Positions 37,585-46,589 of a stretch of 64,000 bases of DNA are shown in pieces. The stretch spans positions 15,915 through 79,914 of the forward strand of contig BPJI01000001.1 of assembly GCA_026004535.1 (NCBI GenBank), read 5' to 3'. Source of the DNA: Candidatus Parcubacteria bacterium. Lineage in GTDB: Bacteria > Patescibacteriota > Minisyncoccia > UBA6257 > HR35. The notes under the pieces are model-generated. The model ran no database searches. It saw nothing but the letters and a program-made list of their open reading frames with translations, and was not told where the DNA came from. How positions within the stretch are numbered: the first letter of the stretch is position 1; each line of letters opens with the position of its first letter. A program made the translations under genes and the position numbers.

Positions 37585-37747
37585 AAAAAAATCAATTTGT
37601 CAAGTATTGAAAAGAGATTAAAAAATTAATTAAAAATTGGAAATTTTTAATGGTTTTCCCTATCTCTAAATCATTTTTATTATTTCTTCTGTTATAGCAA
37701 TGAGTAATGGAAAAATTAATAAGAGATTCGATGCTTTAAATTTTTTG

Positions 37748-37875
37748 TGCTGGGGGTGGGACTCGAAAACGGTAAACTCCACGCCAGTATTATCAAAAAC
37801 AAAGCCCTTTGACTCTCGTTCCTGTTTAGTGATTTTAATTCGTTGGATTGTAGTGGGTTCATCGCCCACCCTCAG
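37748..37875 (-). ncRNA. tRNA-adjacent conserved element, copy 2 (about 128 nt). Its 3' end copies the tRNA-Leu T-loop/acceptor.
   Basis: Same core as copy 1 (gggtgggcgatgaacccactacaa, cactaaacaggaacgagag, cgtggagtttaccgttttcgag). It ends gagtcccacccccagc, identical to the tRNA-Leu 3' end. It lies 52 nt 3' of tRNA-Leu. Confidence 0.4.
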
Positions 37876-37927
37876 CTGGTAATGATAGTTTTGTGAACGA
37901 CATAAAGGTTCTACTCCATTACGTTTT

Positions 37928-38013
37928 TGCTGGGGGTGGGACTCGAACCCACATGCTCCAAAAGGAGCCCATGGTCCTAAGCCATGGCTGTCTACCAATT
38001 CCAGCACCCCAGC
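37928..38013 (-). tRNA. tRNA-Leu (anticodon TAG) with a long variable arm.
   Basis: Reverse complement gctggggtgctggaattggtagacagccatggcttaggaccatgg..., anticodon loop ctTAGga. Confidence 0.75.
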
Positions 38014-38160
38014 ATCAGAATGAATATCCGTGTAAATCCGTGGTTATTTGATAATCCGTGTACCCCGAACCAGAGCAAAGCACGATTCGGGGTTACCCCG
38101 TACCGTACTTCATTTCTGGTACGGGGTAAATCCGTTTTAAATCCGTGTAAGTCCGTGGTT
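38014..38160. repeat. Two adjacent GC-rich hairpins bracketed by 24 bp direct repeats (aaataaccacgga[c/t]ttacacggat). A possible terminator or small structured insert.
   Basis: Hairpins accccgtacc...ggtacggggt and ccccgaa...ttcgggg. Direct repeats at about 38026-38050 and 38135-38160. Confidence 0.45.
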
Positions 38161-38392
38161 ATTTAAAAAACATCTCAATTAATTTAGGAATTGTCCTTGA
38201 AAGAAAAACTAAAACAATCCCTCCTAAAATCAAACCCCATCTTTTATGAACTTTCTTTATTTTTTCTTCAGCTGGCGAAGTTATATAAATTATGCCTAAA
38301 TAAATTATAACTCCAGCCAACAAACTAAGAGATAAAACAAAAATCAAATTAAACAAACTATTAATTAACTTTAAAAATCCTGGCTCGATCAT
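38159..38392 (-). CDS. Pilin-like small membrane protein, paralog family member 1.
   Basis: Two hydrophobic helices separated by a basic loop: LAGVIIYLGIIYITSPAEEKIKKVHKRWGLILGGIVLVFLS. Confidence 0.5.
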   Translation of the reverse strand: MIEPGFLKLINSLFNLIFVLSLSLLAGVIIYLGIIYITSPAEEKIKKVHKRWGLILGGIVLVFLSRTIPKLIEMFFK

Positions 38393-39093
38393 TGTAACTT
38401 AGTAAAGAATAAGTCAATCATCTTGACAATTGTAAATGAAAGGATAGCAATAACTATACCAATAATACCATAAATTAATCTTTTATGAATATCCTTACTC
38501 TTTTCAGGTTTGGTTATATATAAAATTCCTGCCCAAGAAAGAAAAATTACTCCCAAAAATATTGCTAAAACATATAACAAAGATAAAATTCTTTGAAGAT
38601 AATATAAAAAACAATCTTTCCAAGCTGCTCCAGATACATTTGTACTTTCTAAAACCGAGGGGATATTGCATCCAGCTATTTTTTTTGGTAATTCTGGTTC
38701 AGTTACCTGAGCATAAGTAAAATTTATTGGCAAGTATATTTGTTGTTTAGTTAGCCAAGTCTCTATAGCCATAACAAAAGCATAAGAAAGCAAAGCAACA
38801 ACTAAACCAATTACTGCATAAATTATTTTTTGATGAATTTCTTTTCCTTTTTCACCCGGGCTTCCCTTAGAAATATATAAAATTCCAGCCCAAGCAATAA
38901 AAATCGCCGCCAAAACCAAAGCTAAAACTATTATAATCCTTAAAATTTTATTAAAGAAAAATCCTAAACAAGCAAAAAAATTCTCTCCACAATCAATAAC
39001 TGGAGGCAAATTAATAGAAGGAAAACCTAAATTCTGAGCCAAAACAATATTAAACAAAACCAACCCTATTATTATTTTTTTCATTATAATCAC
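38389..39093 (-). CDS. Pilin-like membrane protein with an internal tandem duplication (paralog 2).
   Basis: Module one: LAAIFIAWAGILYISKGSPGEKGKEIHQKIIYAVIGLVVALLS. Module two: IFLGVIFLSWAGILYITKPEKSKDIHKRLIYGIIGIVIAILS. Each module has the family motif (W/A)AGI.YI...K....(R/K).IY..IG...A.LS. Confidence 0.55.
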   Translation of the reverse strand: MIIMKKIIIGLVLFNIVLAQNLGFPSINLPPVIDCGENFFACLGFFFNKILRIIIVLALVLAAIFIAWAGILYISKGSPGEKGKEIHQKIIYAVIGLVVALLSYAFVMAIETWLTKQQIYLPINFTYAQVTEPELPKKIAGCNIPSVLESTNVSGAAWKDCFLYYLQRILSLLYVLAIFLGVIFLSWAGILYITKPEKSKDIHKRLIYGIIGIVIAILSFTIVKMIDLFFTKLQ

Positions 39094-39096
39094 TCA

Positions 39097-39495
39097 CTAT
39101 ATTCTTCCCCCACCTATAATCCTAGTGAATATAGTAACTAAAACCCATGACAAAAAGGCAAAAATTAAGCCAATTGCCGCATAAATGAGACGATTTTTAG
39201 CTGCTTCTCTTTTCTTATCGTCAGTCCCACCTGATATATAAGTGATGCCGGCCCAAGCAATGGATAAAGCGGAGAAAATTAAGGCAACAACCAAAATAAC
39301 CCTCAATAAATCTCCTAAAAGTTTCAACATACATCGTCTTAAAGTATCGTTTGGCGAACAACTAAAAAGTCGTGTGGGGATATCTGGCTCGGGCAAAACT
39401 TCAGGACTATATACGTACTGGGCAAAAGATGAATAAGGTGCTAAAAGTGTCAATAAAGTAAGCAAAATAATTAGTTGATTTAATTTCATCTTCAA
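39097..39495 (-). CDS. Pilin-like small secreted/membrane protein (paralog 3).
   Basis: Signal peptide, then LIFSALSIAWAGITYISGGTDDKKREAAKNRLIYAAIGLIFAFLS. Confidence 0.55.
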   Translation of the reverse strand: MKMKLNQLIILLTLLTLLAPYSSFAQYVYSPEVLPEPDIPTRLFSCSPNDTLRRCMLKLLGDLLRVILVVALIFSALSIAWAGITYISGGTDDKKREAAKNRLIYAAIGLIFAFLSWVLVTIFTRIIGGGRI

Positions 39496-39542
39496 AATTC
39501 TTTTTAACCTCGACCTTTTTCTATTAATAATTATATCATAAA

Positions 39543-39956
39543 TTACGGCGAAGGACCCCCTAATAAAGCACTAATAATTGTGAAAATTAAAGTAACTAAA
39601 AGTAGCAAAATATAGCCAAACACTGCATATTTTATATATTTATGACCTTTCTGAATATAGTTTTCCACACCCAAAGGACTTAATAAATACATTAAGCCAC
39701 CTAAAATAAGGAGAATAACAAGAACATATGGAGAAATTGTTATCAAAAGATTATTAATTCTCTTAAAAAAATCTATTAGAGAAGGATAATTCCAGCAACC
39801 ATCTTTAGCCGGCTCAACTCCAAAAATTCCCGGCGGACAAACTGAAATTTGAACTGGAGTCCAAGTGACAATAACTTGTCCTGGTTCAAAGTTTTCGTTA
39901 GCAAAACTAAAATTTAAAACTAAAAGCGAAATAATAAGAATGATTATTTTTTTCAT
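39543..39956 (-). CDS. Pilin-like small membrane protein (paralog 4, divergent).
   Basis: Signal peptide, two TM helices, YIQKGHKYIKYAVFGYILLLLV. Confidence 0.45.
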   Translation of the reverse strand: MKKIIILIISLLVLNFSFANENFEPGQVIVTWTPVQISVCPPGIFGVEPAKDGCWNYPSLIDFFKRINNLLITISPYVLVILLILGGLMYLLSPLGVENYIQKGHKYIKYAVFGYILLLLVTLIFTIISALLGGPSP

Positions 39957-40651
39957 CTTACTAATCTTTCAATTTGGGCTCTGATTAAATCTGCTAATAA
40001 AATAATTATTAAGCCAACCGTTGACCAGATTAAAATTTTGTAAGCCCGCGAAATTTGTTTTAAACCAAATAATGGAGTTGCTATTAAATAAACAGCAGCC
40101 CAAATAATTGCTCCAGCTAACAAAACAACAGCAACATTTTTCAAAAGACCAATTGCTTGAAATGCACATCTATAAACTCTACCCAAGGAAGGGCTATTAA
40201 AAAGAGGTGGGGCATTTTGACCACATTTTAACTCTGACATTATTGGAGTTTTTAATGGATTAAAAAAGGTTCTTGGGGTAAGATCCTGAGCTAAAGCAAA
40301 TTGAGGAGAGAAGAATTCTAAAATAATCTCAAAAACAATTCCTGATAATAAAACCAAAATATAACCCCAGATAGCAATTCTAATCATTTCTCTACCCCTT
40401 TTTAACAAACCCTCATTTGGTCCAGCAAACATCATTAAAAAAGCACCAATTGAAACAAGCAAAAAGGCAGTCCAATAAGAAACAATAACAACAGTTTTAA
40501 TAAGATTATTAACACTTTTAATAAAATCTTGCCAAGTGCAAATTGTTGTTGTACTTCCTTTAGGAGTTGTGGTCACCGTACATTCAACAATTGCAGCTTT
40601 GGTTAAGCTCAAAAAAGCTAAACATAAAATTATTAAAGTTATTTTTTTCAT
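39953..40651 (-). CDS. Pilin-like membrane protein with a duplicated module (paralog 5).
   Basis: Signal peptide. VSIGAFLMMFAGPNEGLLKRGREMIRIAIWGYILVLLS. A second module: LLAGAIIWAAVYLIATPLFGLKQISRAYKILIWSTVGLIIILLA. Confidence 0.5.
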   Translation of the reverse strand: MKKITLIILCLAFLSLTKAAIVECTVTTTPKGSTTTICTWQDFIKSVNNLIKTVVIVSYWTAFLLVSIGAFLMMFAGPNEGLLKRGREMIRIAIWGYILVLLSGIVFEIILEFFSPQFALAQDLTPRTFFNPLKTPIMSELKCGQNAPPLFNSPSLGRVYRCAFQAIGLLKNVAVVLLAGAIIWAAVYLIATPLFGLKQISRAYKILIWSTVGLIIILLADLIRAQIERLVR

Positions 40652-41835
40652 AATGAATAATTTATTTCAACTAAAATTCTATTTAATTCATTTTCATCTT
40701 TGTGATAAACTTCTAAAATTCTATCTATATTATTAAATAAAACTTCTTTATTAAGAAAATCAAAGGTTTCGCCGAAATTTTTAACTGAATCAAAAACAAT
40801 TTTCTTTTCTGGAGTTAAATCAGCTTCTTTAAATGGCACTAAATCAAGATCTTGACTAAATCTTTTTAATTGCATTGCATAAAACCAATTAATGAAATAA
40901 GGTACTGCTTTGGATCGACTTTTTTTAACCTGAGCTAAATAAAAAATTTTTGAATAAATTTTGACTTTTGGTGGAAAAGTGTTTAAGGGATAAATATCTA
41001 AACTAAGATTAATTCTTGGATTGATTTGCAAGATTTCTTTTTTATCACTGTAAAAACCAATGTACATGGCAGATTTTTCATTGGCAAAATTAATCAAATC
41101 ATCACCTGCGTTCTCAGGATAAGTATAAAACTCACTTTGAGGATTATTAAAACTAGTAAAAATATCTAAAGCTGATAAAATATTTTTCTGAAATTCTTCT
41201 TTTTGCTTATATGACTCATTCAGACTCATCAAACTTAAAATAATTTCTTTTCTATGTCTAATTTCTTTAGTGCCTAAACCTAAAGGATAAAAATCTTGGC
41301 TATAATTTTTAAATTGTTGGATAAAGTTTTTAAGCTCATCGAATGTTTTTGGTTTTTGTAAATTTAAAAAATTTAAAATGTCCTGGTTATAGAAAGCAAT
41401 TAGAGAATCAACAATAATTGGCGTTGAGCTCGAAAATAAATCAGGTTCTTTATTTAAAAAATCATTATCAATTAAAACAATATCAGGAAAATCACCTTTG
41501 GCAAGAGCCAAAATCAAGTCTCTCTTTATCTCTTCTAAGTTTTTAGTTGTAATTTCAAAATTAACACAATAACGACTAAAATCAGAAAAATAGGGATAAA
41601 TTTGATCTTCTATAAATGGTACCCATATTTTTATTGTTTCTTGATAGCAGGGTGTTTTCACTTTTTTGGGGAAAATTATTGGCCGAAAAATAAAAAATAA
41701 AATTAAAAGTAAAATTAGATTGCCAGCAACTATTATTTGCAAAAGTCTATCTGTTTTCAGTCTTCCTAAAAATCCCTCAGCCTGACTATCTCTAACAGAC
41801 TCTATAAATTCTTGAAACTTTGTTTTTTCTTTCAT
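40648..41835 (-). CDS. Membrane-anchored extracytoplasmic protein with weak resemblance to family-1 solute-binding proteins.
   Basis: N-terminal TM. TIKIWVPFIEDQIYPYFSDF...LAKGDFPDIVLIDNDFL resembles the SBP_bac_1 N-lobe. Confidence 0.35.
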   Translation of the reverse strand: MKEKTKFQEFIESVRDSQAEGFLGRLKTDRLLQIIVAGNLILLLILFFIFRPIIFPKKVKTPCYQETIKIWVPFIEDQIYPYFSDFSRYCVNFEITTKNLEEIKRDLILALAKGDFPDIVLIDNDFLNKEPDLFSSSTPIIVDSLIAFYNQDILNFLNLQKPKTFDELKNFIQQFKNYSQDFYPLGLGTKEIRHRKEIILSLMSLNESYKQKEEFQKNILSALDIFTSFNNPQSEFYTYPENAGDDLINFANEKSAMYIGFYSDKKEILQINPRINLSLDIYPLNTFPPKVKIYSKIFYLAQVKKSRSKAVPYFINWFYAMQLKRFSQDLDLVPFKEADLTPEKKIVFDSVKNFGETFDFLNKEVLFNNIDRILEVYHKDENELNRILVEINYSL

Positions 41836-42353
41836 TTCTGAGAAACTATTAAGTAATAATTGCTTGACTGTTCTATTTCTTTAATTTTAAAATTTTCTTT
41901 TTCAACTAATCGACAAATTTCTTGAGGATCATAAATTTTTTGTCCGGCAAAAAGTAGATTTTCTCTTTGGGGTTCTAAAATTATTAAATAACCTTTATCT
42001 TTTAAAACCCTTCTTGATTCTTGAATAATTTTCTCTGGATCTTCAGCTTGATAAAGAACCTGGGAAATAAAGACAAAATCTAATGAATTGTCTTCTAAGC
42101 CTGAATTTATTTCTAAATCCTGATTTAAAAACTTAATATTATGTAAACCAAATTGGCTTACAAATTCTTGAGCTTCTTTTAAAACTTCCTCATCGATATC
42201 AATGGCATAAATTTTGCCACTCGGACCAACTTCTTGGGCCAATAAAGCCGTAAAATAACCAGCACCACAACCGAAATCCGCACCTTTAATCGAAGGTAGA
42301 ATATATTTTTTTTCTCTTAAATGTTGAATTATTTCTCCAGGCCTTAAAAACAT
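41832..42353 (-). CDS. Class I SAM-dependent methyltransferase.
   Basis: Motif I DFGCGAGYFTALLAQ, motif II KIYAIDID. Length 173 aa. Confidence 0.6.
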   Translation of the reverse strand: MFLRPGEIIQHLREKKYILPSIKGADFGCGAGYFTALLAQEVGPSGKIYAIDIDEEVLKEAQEFVSQFGLHNIKFLNQDLEINSGLEDNSLDFVFISQVLYQAEDPEKIIQESRRVLKDKGYLIILEPQRENLLFAGQKIYDPQEICRLVEKENFKIKEIEQSSNYYLIVSQK

Positions 42354-44665
42354 TAAATTAATAAAATTGAATTAATAAAATTAAGATTGTCGATTTTCTT
42401 TGGCACTTGTGTTCTTTTTATTAGTGGCAATTTCTTAATTTCTATTCTTTTTAATTTATCATCGGCAATTATGATTTCCTTTTCATCCTTGATTGATTCA
42501 GCAGCCAAAAGCTCGCCATACTTATTGTCAAAAATTTTAACACCAACACCACCTCGGTTTTGAATTTTAATTTCTTGAAGATCAATTTTTTTATAAAAGC
42601 CTTGTTGAAAAATTAAAAGTAAAAGATTGCTATTTTTAACAAAAGCTTTCGTAATTTTTTCATTTTTCAATTTCATTATCTTTACTCCTTTAGCAGTTTT
42701 TCTTTGTAAAGGTAAATTTTCTTTAAAAAGCAAAATATTACCACTATTATTTATAACTCCTAAGGTTTCTCCCCCATTAATTAAAAAAGCATCAACAACT
42801 TCATCTTTCCCAGCTGAAACACCGCTTCTTCTGTTAGTTAAAACCTCCTCTAATTCAATTTTTTTGCCCAAACCATTAGCAAAAATTAATAATAAGTATT
42901 TTGCTTTTTCTTGAACTAAAATTTTTACAATCTCATCATTTTTATCCAAAATAATTTGTGATTCCAGATATTTAGCTGAAGAATAAAAAGACCCTAAACT
43001 CAGATTATAAACCTTGCCTAAACGACTGATTAAAATTAATTTATCATGAGTTGAAACTAATTTTAAAATTTTTGGTAGTTCATTTTGTTTTATTACTTTT
43101 TCAAGATTAAATTTATCAACAGGAATTAGATTAACTAAATTTTTCCGATCGACAACTAACCAAACTTTTTCTTCAGGAATAATTTCTTCTTTTTTAGTAA
43201 AAATTAATTCTTGATTAATAATATTTGTTAGTCTTTCGCTTGGATAGTTTTTAATAATTTCATCTGCTTCTCCAACAATTATCTCATCTATTTTTTTGGC
43301 GCTTTTTAAAATTAATTCTAATTCTTTGATGATCGATCTTCTTTCTTTTAGTTCGTCTAAAATTTTATGTCTTTCCATCTGAGTTAGGGTTCGAAGGGGC
43401 ATTTCTAAAATTGCATCTGCTTGTTTTTCTGAAAGTTTAAATTTCTTCATTAAATTTTCTAAAGCTTCTTTTTTATCTTTGGCTTTTTTAATTGTATTAA
43501 TGACTTTATCTAAGTTTTCTAAAGCAATATCAAAACCTTCCAGTAAATGAACTCTCTCTTTATTTTTTTCTAAATCAAATTTTGTTCTTCTTTTAATAAC
43601 CTCGCGTCGATGTTGTATCCAGGCAATTAAAAGTTCTTTGAAGGAAAAAATTTTGGGTTGAATTCCTTTATCTAAAGCAATCAAATTAAAATAAAAAGTT
43701 TTAGCCAAAGAAGTCAAGCGATAAAGATTTTCTTTTAATTTTTCTAAATTGGCCTCTGATCTTGTTTCAATTACAATTCTTATCCCCTCTTTACTTGATT
43801 CATCACGCACATCCTTAATTTCAGGCAAAACTTTTTCCAAGGCTAGATTAGCAATTTCCTTAACTAATTCTGCTTTATTTACTTGCCAAGGTATGGAAGT
43901 TATAATTAGTCTTTCTTTTCTGCCTTGCTCAATATTGATCTCTCCAGCCAAAGTTATGCCACCTTTGCCTGTTTCATAGATTTCTTTTAATTTTTCGGCA
44001 CCATAAATTTTGCCTCCAGTTGGAAAATCAGGGCCTTTAACGTAATTTAAAATCTCTTCAGTTGTTGCTTCTGGTTTTTTAATCAAAAATTTAATTGCTG
44101 ACATAACTTCAGTTAAATTATGAGGCGGAATTGAGGTTGCCATACCAACAGCAATTCCTAAAGAACCATTAATAATTAAATTTGGAATTTTCGAAGGTAA
44201 GACAACCGGCTCCTGACGAGTATTATCATAATTTGGTCTAAAATCAACAGTTTCTTTATCAATATCAACCAACATTTCTTCAGCAATTTTTGAGAGTTTG
44301 GCCTCTGAGTAACGCATTTGAGCTGGCGGATCACCATCAATTGAACCGAAATTTCCCTGCCCCCAAACTAAAGGATATCTTAAAGAAAAATTCTGAGCCA
44401 TTCGAACCAAGGCTTCATAAATTGGTGCATCACCATGGGGATGATAACGCCCCATACATTCACCAACAATGGCTGCGCATTTTCTGAATTTCTCTCTGGC
44501 CCATAACCCTAATTCTTTCATTGTATATAAAATTCTTCGCTGAACAGGTTTTAAACCATCGCGAGCATCAGGTAAAGCACGAGAAACGATAACACTCAGA
44601 GCATAATCTAGATAAGATTGTCTTAACTCTTGAGAAATCTCCTGACTAATTATTTTTTCTTTCAT
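42353..44665 (-). CDS. gyrA: DNA gyrase subunit A. The start is assigned to the ATG ([10 protein letters not shown]). The longer track ORF begins at a GTG inside a palindromic element.
   Basis: QRDR-region [23 protein letters not shown]. The [16 protein letters not shown]...[11 protein letters not shown]-terminus aligns with the GyrA start. C-terminal beta-pinwheel repeats. Confidence 0.9.
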   Translation of the reverse strand: MKEKIISQEISQELRQSYLDYALSVIVSRALPDARDGLKPVQRRILYTMKELGLWAREKFRKCAAIVGECMGRYHPHGDAPIYEALVRMAQNFSLRYPLVWGQGNFGSIDGDPPAQMRYSEAKLSKIAEEMLVDIDKETVDFRPNYDNTRQEPVVLPSKIPNLIINGSLGIAVGMATSIPPHNLTEVMSAIKFLIKKPEATTEEILNYVKGPDFPTGGKIYGAEKLKEIYETGKGGITLAGEINIEQGRKERLIITSIPWQVNKAELVKEIANLALEKVLPEIKDVRDESSKEGIRIVIETRSEANLEKLKENLYRLTSLAKTFYFNLIALDKGIQPKIFSFKELLIAWIQHRREVIKRRTKFDLEKNKERVHLLEGFDIALENLDKVINTIKKAKDKKEALENLMKKFKLSEKQADAILEMPLRTLTQMERHKILDELKERRSIIKELELILKSAKKIDEIIVGEADEIIKNYPSERLTNIINQELIFTKKEEIIPEEKVWLVVDRKNLVNLIPVDKFNLEKVIKQNELPKILKLVSTHDKLILISRLGKVYNLSLGSFYSSAKYLESQIILDKNDEIVKILVQEKAKYLLLIFANGLGKKIELEEVLTNRRSGVSAGKDEVVDAFLINGGETLGVINNSGNILLFKENLPLQRKTAKGVKIMKLKNEKITKAFVKNSNLLLLIFQQGFYKKIDLQEIKIQNRGGVGVKIFDNKYGELLAAESIKDEKEIIIADDKLKRIEIKKLPLIKRTQVPKKIDNLNFINSILLI

Positions 44666-44689
44666 TTTATTAATATGCAGAGCATAATG

Positions 44690-44812
44690 AACTGACACTG
44701 AACATACTAAACCAACGCTGAACTAACAGAAGATGATGAATAAATAGTAAAATTATTCTATGAGTTTTGTGTTAGTTCGGTATAGTTCTGCGTATAGTTC
44801 TTTAAGTTATGT
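44690..44812. repeat. Palindromic element copy PE4, intergenic, in the gyrA 5' leader.
   Basis: gaactgacactgaac...gctgaactaacagaag...attattctatgag...tgttagttcgg...agttctgcgtatagttct aligns with PE1 gaaactgacgcagaactaacaaaattattctgtaagttctgcgtaagttct. Confidence 0.6.
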
Positions 44813-44813
44813 G

Positions 44814-45002
44814 TCATTTTATTAAATTGCCAACAGCTTCGAAAATAGTTGCTAAGCCTAGATTAAAATTTTGCCAAACAAAAGCTAATGTTTTTTCTGC
44901 TGGTGATGGACTAAGATAACCGCCCCAGATTGTACCACCACTAAACCACCAAAGAAAAATCAACACTAACATTATTGAAGTAACAAATAAAAACTTTTTC
45001 AT
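44814..45002 (-). CDS. Small hypothetical membrane protein.
   Basis: 62 aa, one TM helix, overlaps the next ORF by 4 bp. Confidence 0.3.
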   Translation of the reverse strand: MKKFLFVTSIMLVLIFLWWFSGGTIWGGYLSPSPAEKTLAFVWQNFNLGLATIFEAVGNLIK

Positions 45003-45472
45003 TGCAAGACAAAAATTAATTTATCGACCTTTTTCAAATTGATCTTTAATTTATCTCCCTTTGAACTTTGGAATTTTTCTAATTTAATATTTTTATTAGT
45101 TAAAATCAAATTTGGCTTAAATAGAGAAACCATTCTTTCATCAAAAAAGTCAACTAAAAACAAAGCTTCGACTTCTTTTTTAGTCATTCTAATTTTTTTA
45201 AGTGTTTCTTCGCTAAGTTCTTTGCTATAGACAAGGCTTCCCTCTTTGCTGTCAAAAAGATAAGTGATAAAATTTTTATTACTAAAGCCCCAAAAATAAA
45301 CATCGCCAACATTATATTCACCAGCAGAATTAAAAATTTTGTCATAATTAATATTTTTTGAGATATCAGTTAAAATTATATTCTTATCTTTAGAAACCGA
45401 AGGTGGATCAAGAACAAAATTTACACCATCTAAAACTAATTCATAATAATTATTTATTTTTTTAATTTCCAT
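44999..45472 (-). CDS. Hypothetical protein.
   Basis: 157 aa ORF. The GAATTA(A)CGAGTTAA motif lies 6 nt upstream of its ATG. Confidence 0.4.
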   Translation of the reverse strand: MEIKKINNYYELVLDGVNFVLDPPSVSKDKNIILTDISKNINYDKIFNSAGEYNVGDVYFWGFSNKNFITYLFDSKEGSLVYSKELSEETLKKIRMTKKEVEALFLVDFFDERMVSLFKPNLILTNKNIKLEKFQSSKGDKLKINLKKVDKLIFVLQ

Positions 45473-45551
45473 TTAATAATGAACTCATTAACTCGTTAAT
45501 TCGCGAACTAATGAATTAAATTTTTGTTTTATGTTATAATTTTATCACAAA

Positions 45552-46589
45552 ATGAATAATCAAAAAACAAAAACTATTCTAAGATTAACAACAAAGCCAT
45601 TAGAAATTGGTTCAATTTTAGAAGGAAGAGTGATTAGTAAAAAAAGAGGAGAGCTTTATGTTGATTTGAGTCCTTATGGTACTGGCAGACTTTATGGTTC
45701 TTTTTATTTACAATCCAAAGATTTGGCTCAAAAATTAAATCCTGGTGATATAACTGGAGTTAAAATTATTGGTTTGGATGATGGTTATGGTAATTATGAA
45801 ATTTTACTTCAGGAACTAAGCGCTATTGATAAGTGGGAGAAAATTTTAAATTATCATCAAAAAGGAGAAATTTTAGAATTAGAAATAAAAGATGCTAATC
45901 GTGGCGGCTGGGTTGTTGAAGTTGAAGGCGTTCAAGGATTTGTTCCTGTTTCTCAACTTTCGCCTGAATATTATCCTCGAGTTGAAGCCAATAATAAAAA
46001 CTTAATTTACGAACATTTAAAAAGCTTTGTTGGCCAAAAAATAAAATTAAAAATTATTGCCGCTACACCAAAAACTAACAAACTTGTTTTATCAGAAAAG
46101 GCTGCTAAAGAAGAACTTTATCAACAGATTTTAGATAAACTAATGGTTGGAGATATTTTAAAAGTTAAGGTTGTCGGCCTAAGCCCTTTTGGCCTTTTTG
46201 TTAGATTCAATGAAAATCCAGCTATGGATGGCTTGATTCACATTTCTGAAATCCCTGAAGAAAAATCCGAGTTGGAAAAACACTTCAAAGTCGGCGATGT
46301 TTTGGAAGCTAAGCTAACCCAAATTAAACAAGATAAGGTTAGTTTTAGTTTGAAAGATCTTGAACCTGATCCCTGGGTAATTTTGGCTAAAAATTATAAA
46401 GAGGGAGATAAAGTAATTGGCTTAGTTAAAGAAAAAAATGAAATTTTTGGCTTAGTTGAAATTGGAAGGGTTCAAGGTTTAGTTTTTGAAAATTTGAATA
46501 AAATTGATATCGGCCAAGAATATAATTTTATCATCGACAAACTCAATCCCAAGGAAAAAAATTTAATCTTAAAACTTAGTCATGAATAA
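45552..46589 (+). CDS. rpsA: Four-S1-domain RNA-binding protein (short ribosomal protein S1-like).
   Basis: Repeated S1 motifs GRVISKKRGELYVDL, GDILKVKVVGLSPFGLFVRF, GDKVIGLVKEKNEIFGLVEIG. Confidence 0.55.
   Translation: MNNQKTKTILRLTTKPLEIGSILEGRVISKKRGELYVDLSPYGTGRLYGSFYLQSKDLAQKLNPGDITGVKIIGLDDGYGNYEILLQELSAIDKWEKILNYHQKGEILELEIKDANRGGWVVEVEGVQGFVPVSQLSPEYYPRVEANNKNLIYEHLKSFVGQKIKLKIIAATPKTNKLVLSEKAAKEELYQQILDKLMVGDILKVKVVGLSPFGLFVRFNENPAMDGLIHISEIPEEKSELEKHFKVGDVLEAKLTQIKQDKVSFSLKDLEPDPWVILAKNYKEGDKVIGLVKEKNEIFGLVEIGRVQGLVFENLNKIDIGQEYNFIIDKLNPKEKNLILKLSHE

Noticed and set aside
37666-38007. 113 aa ORF on the minus strand.
   Set aside because: It lies entirely over tRNA-Leu and the conserved tRNA-adjacent element. 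Its composition is atypical. It is a spurious ORF.
45552-46589. A confident rpsA call.
   Set aside because: Four S1 domains are present. The protein is much shorter than canonical S1, and S1-domain proteins are diverse. I kept it as S1-like with moderate confidence.
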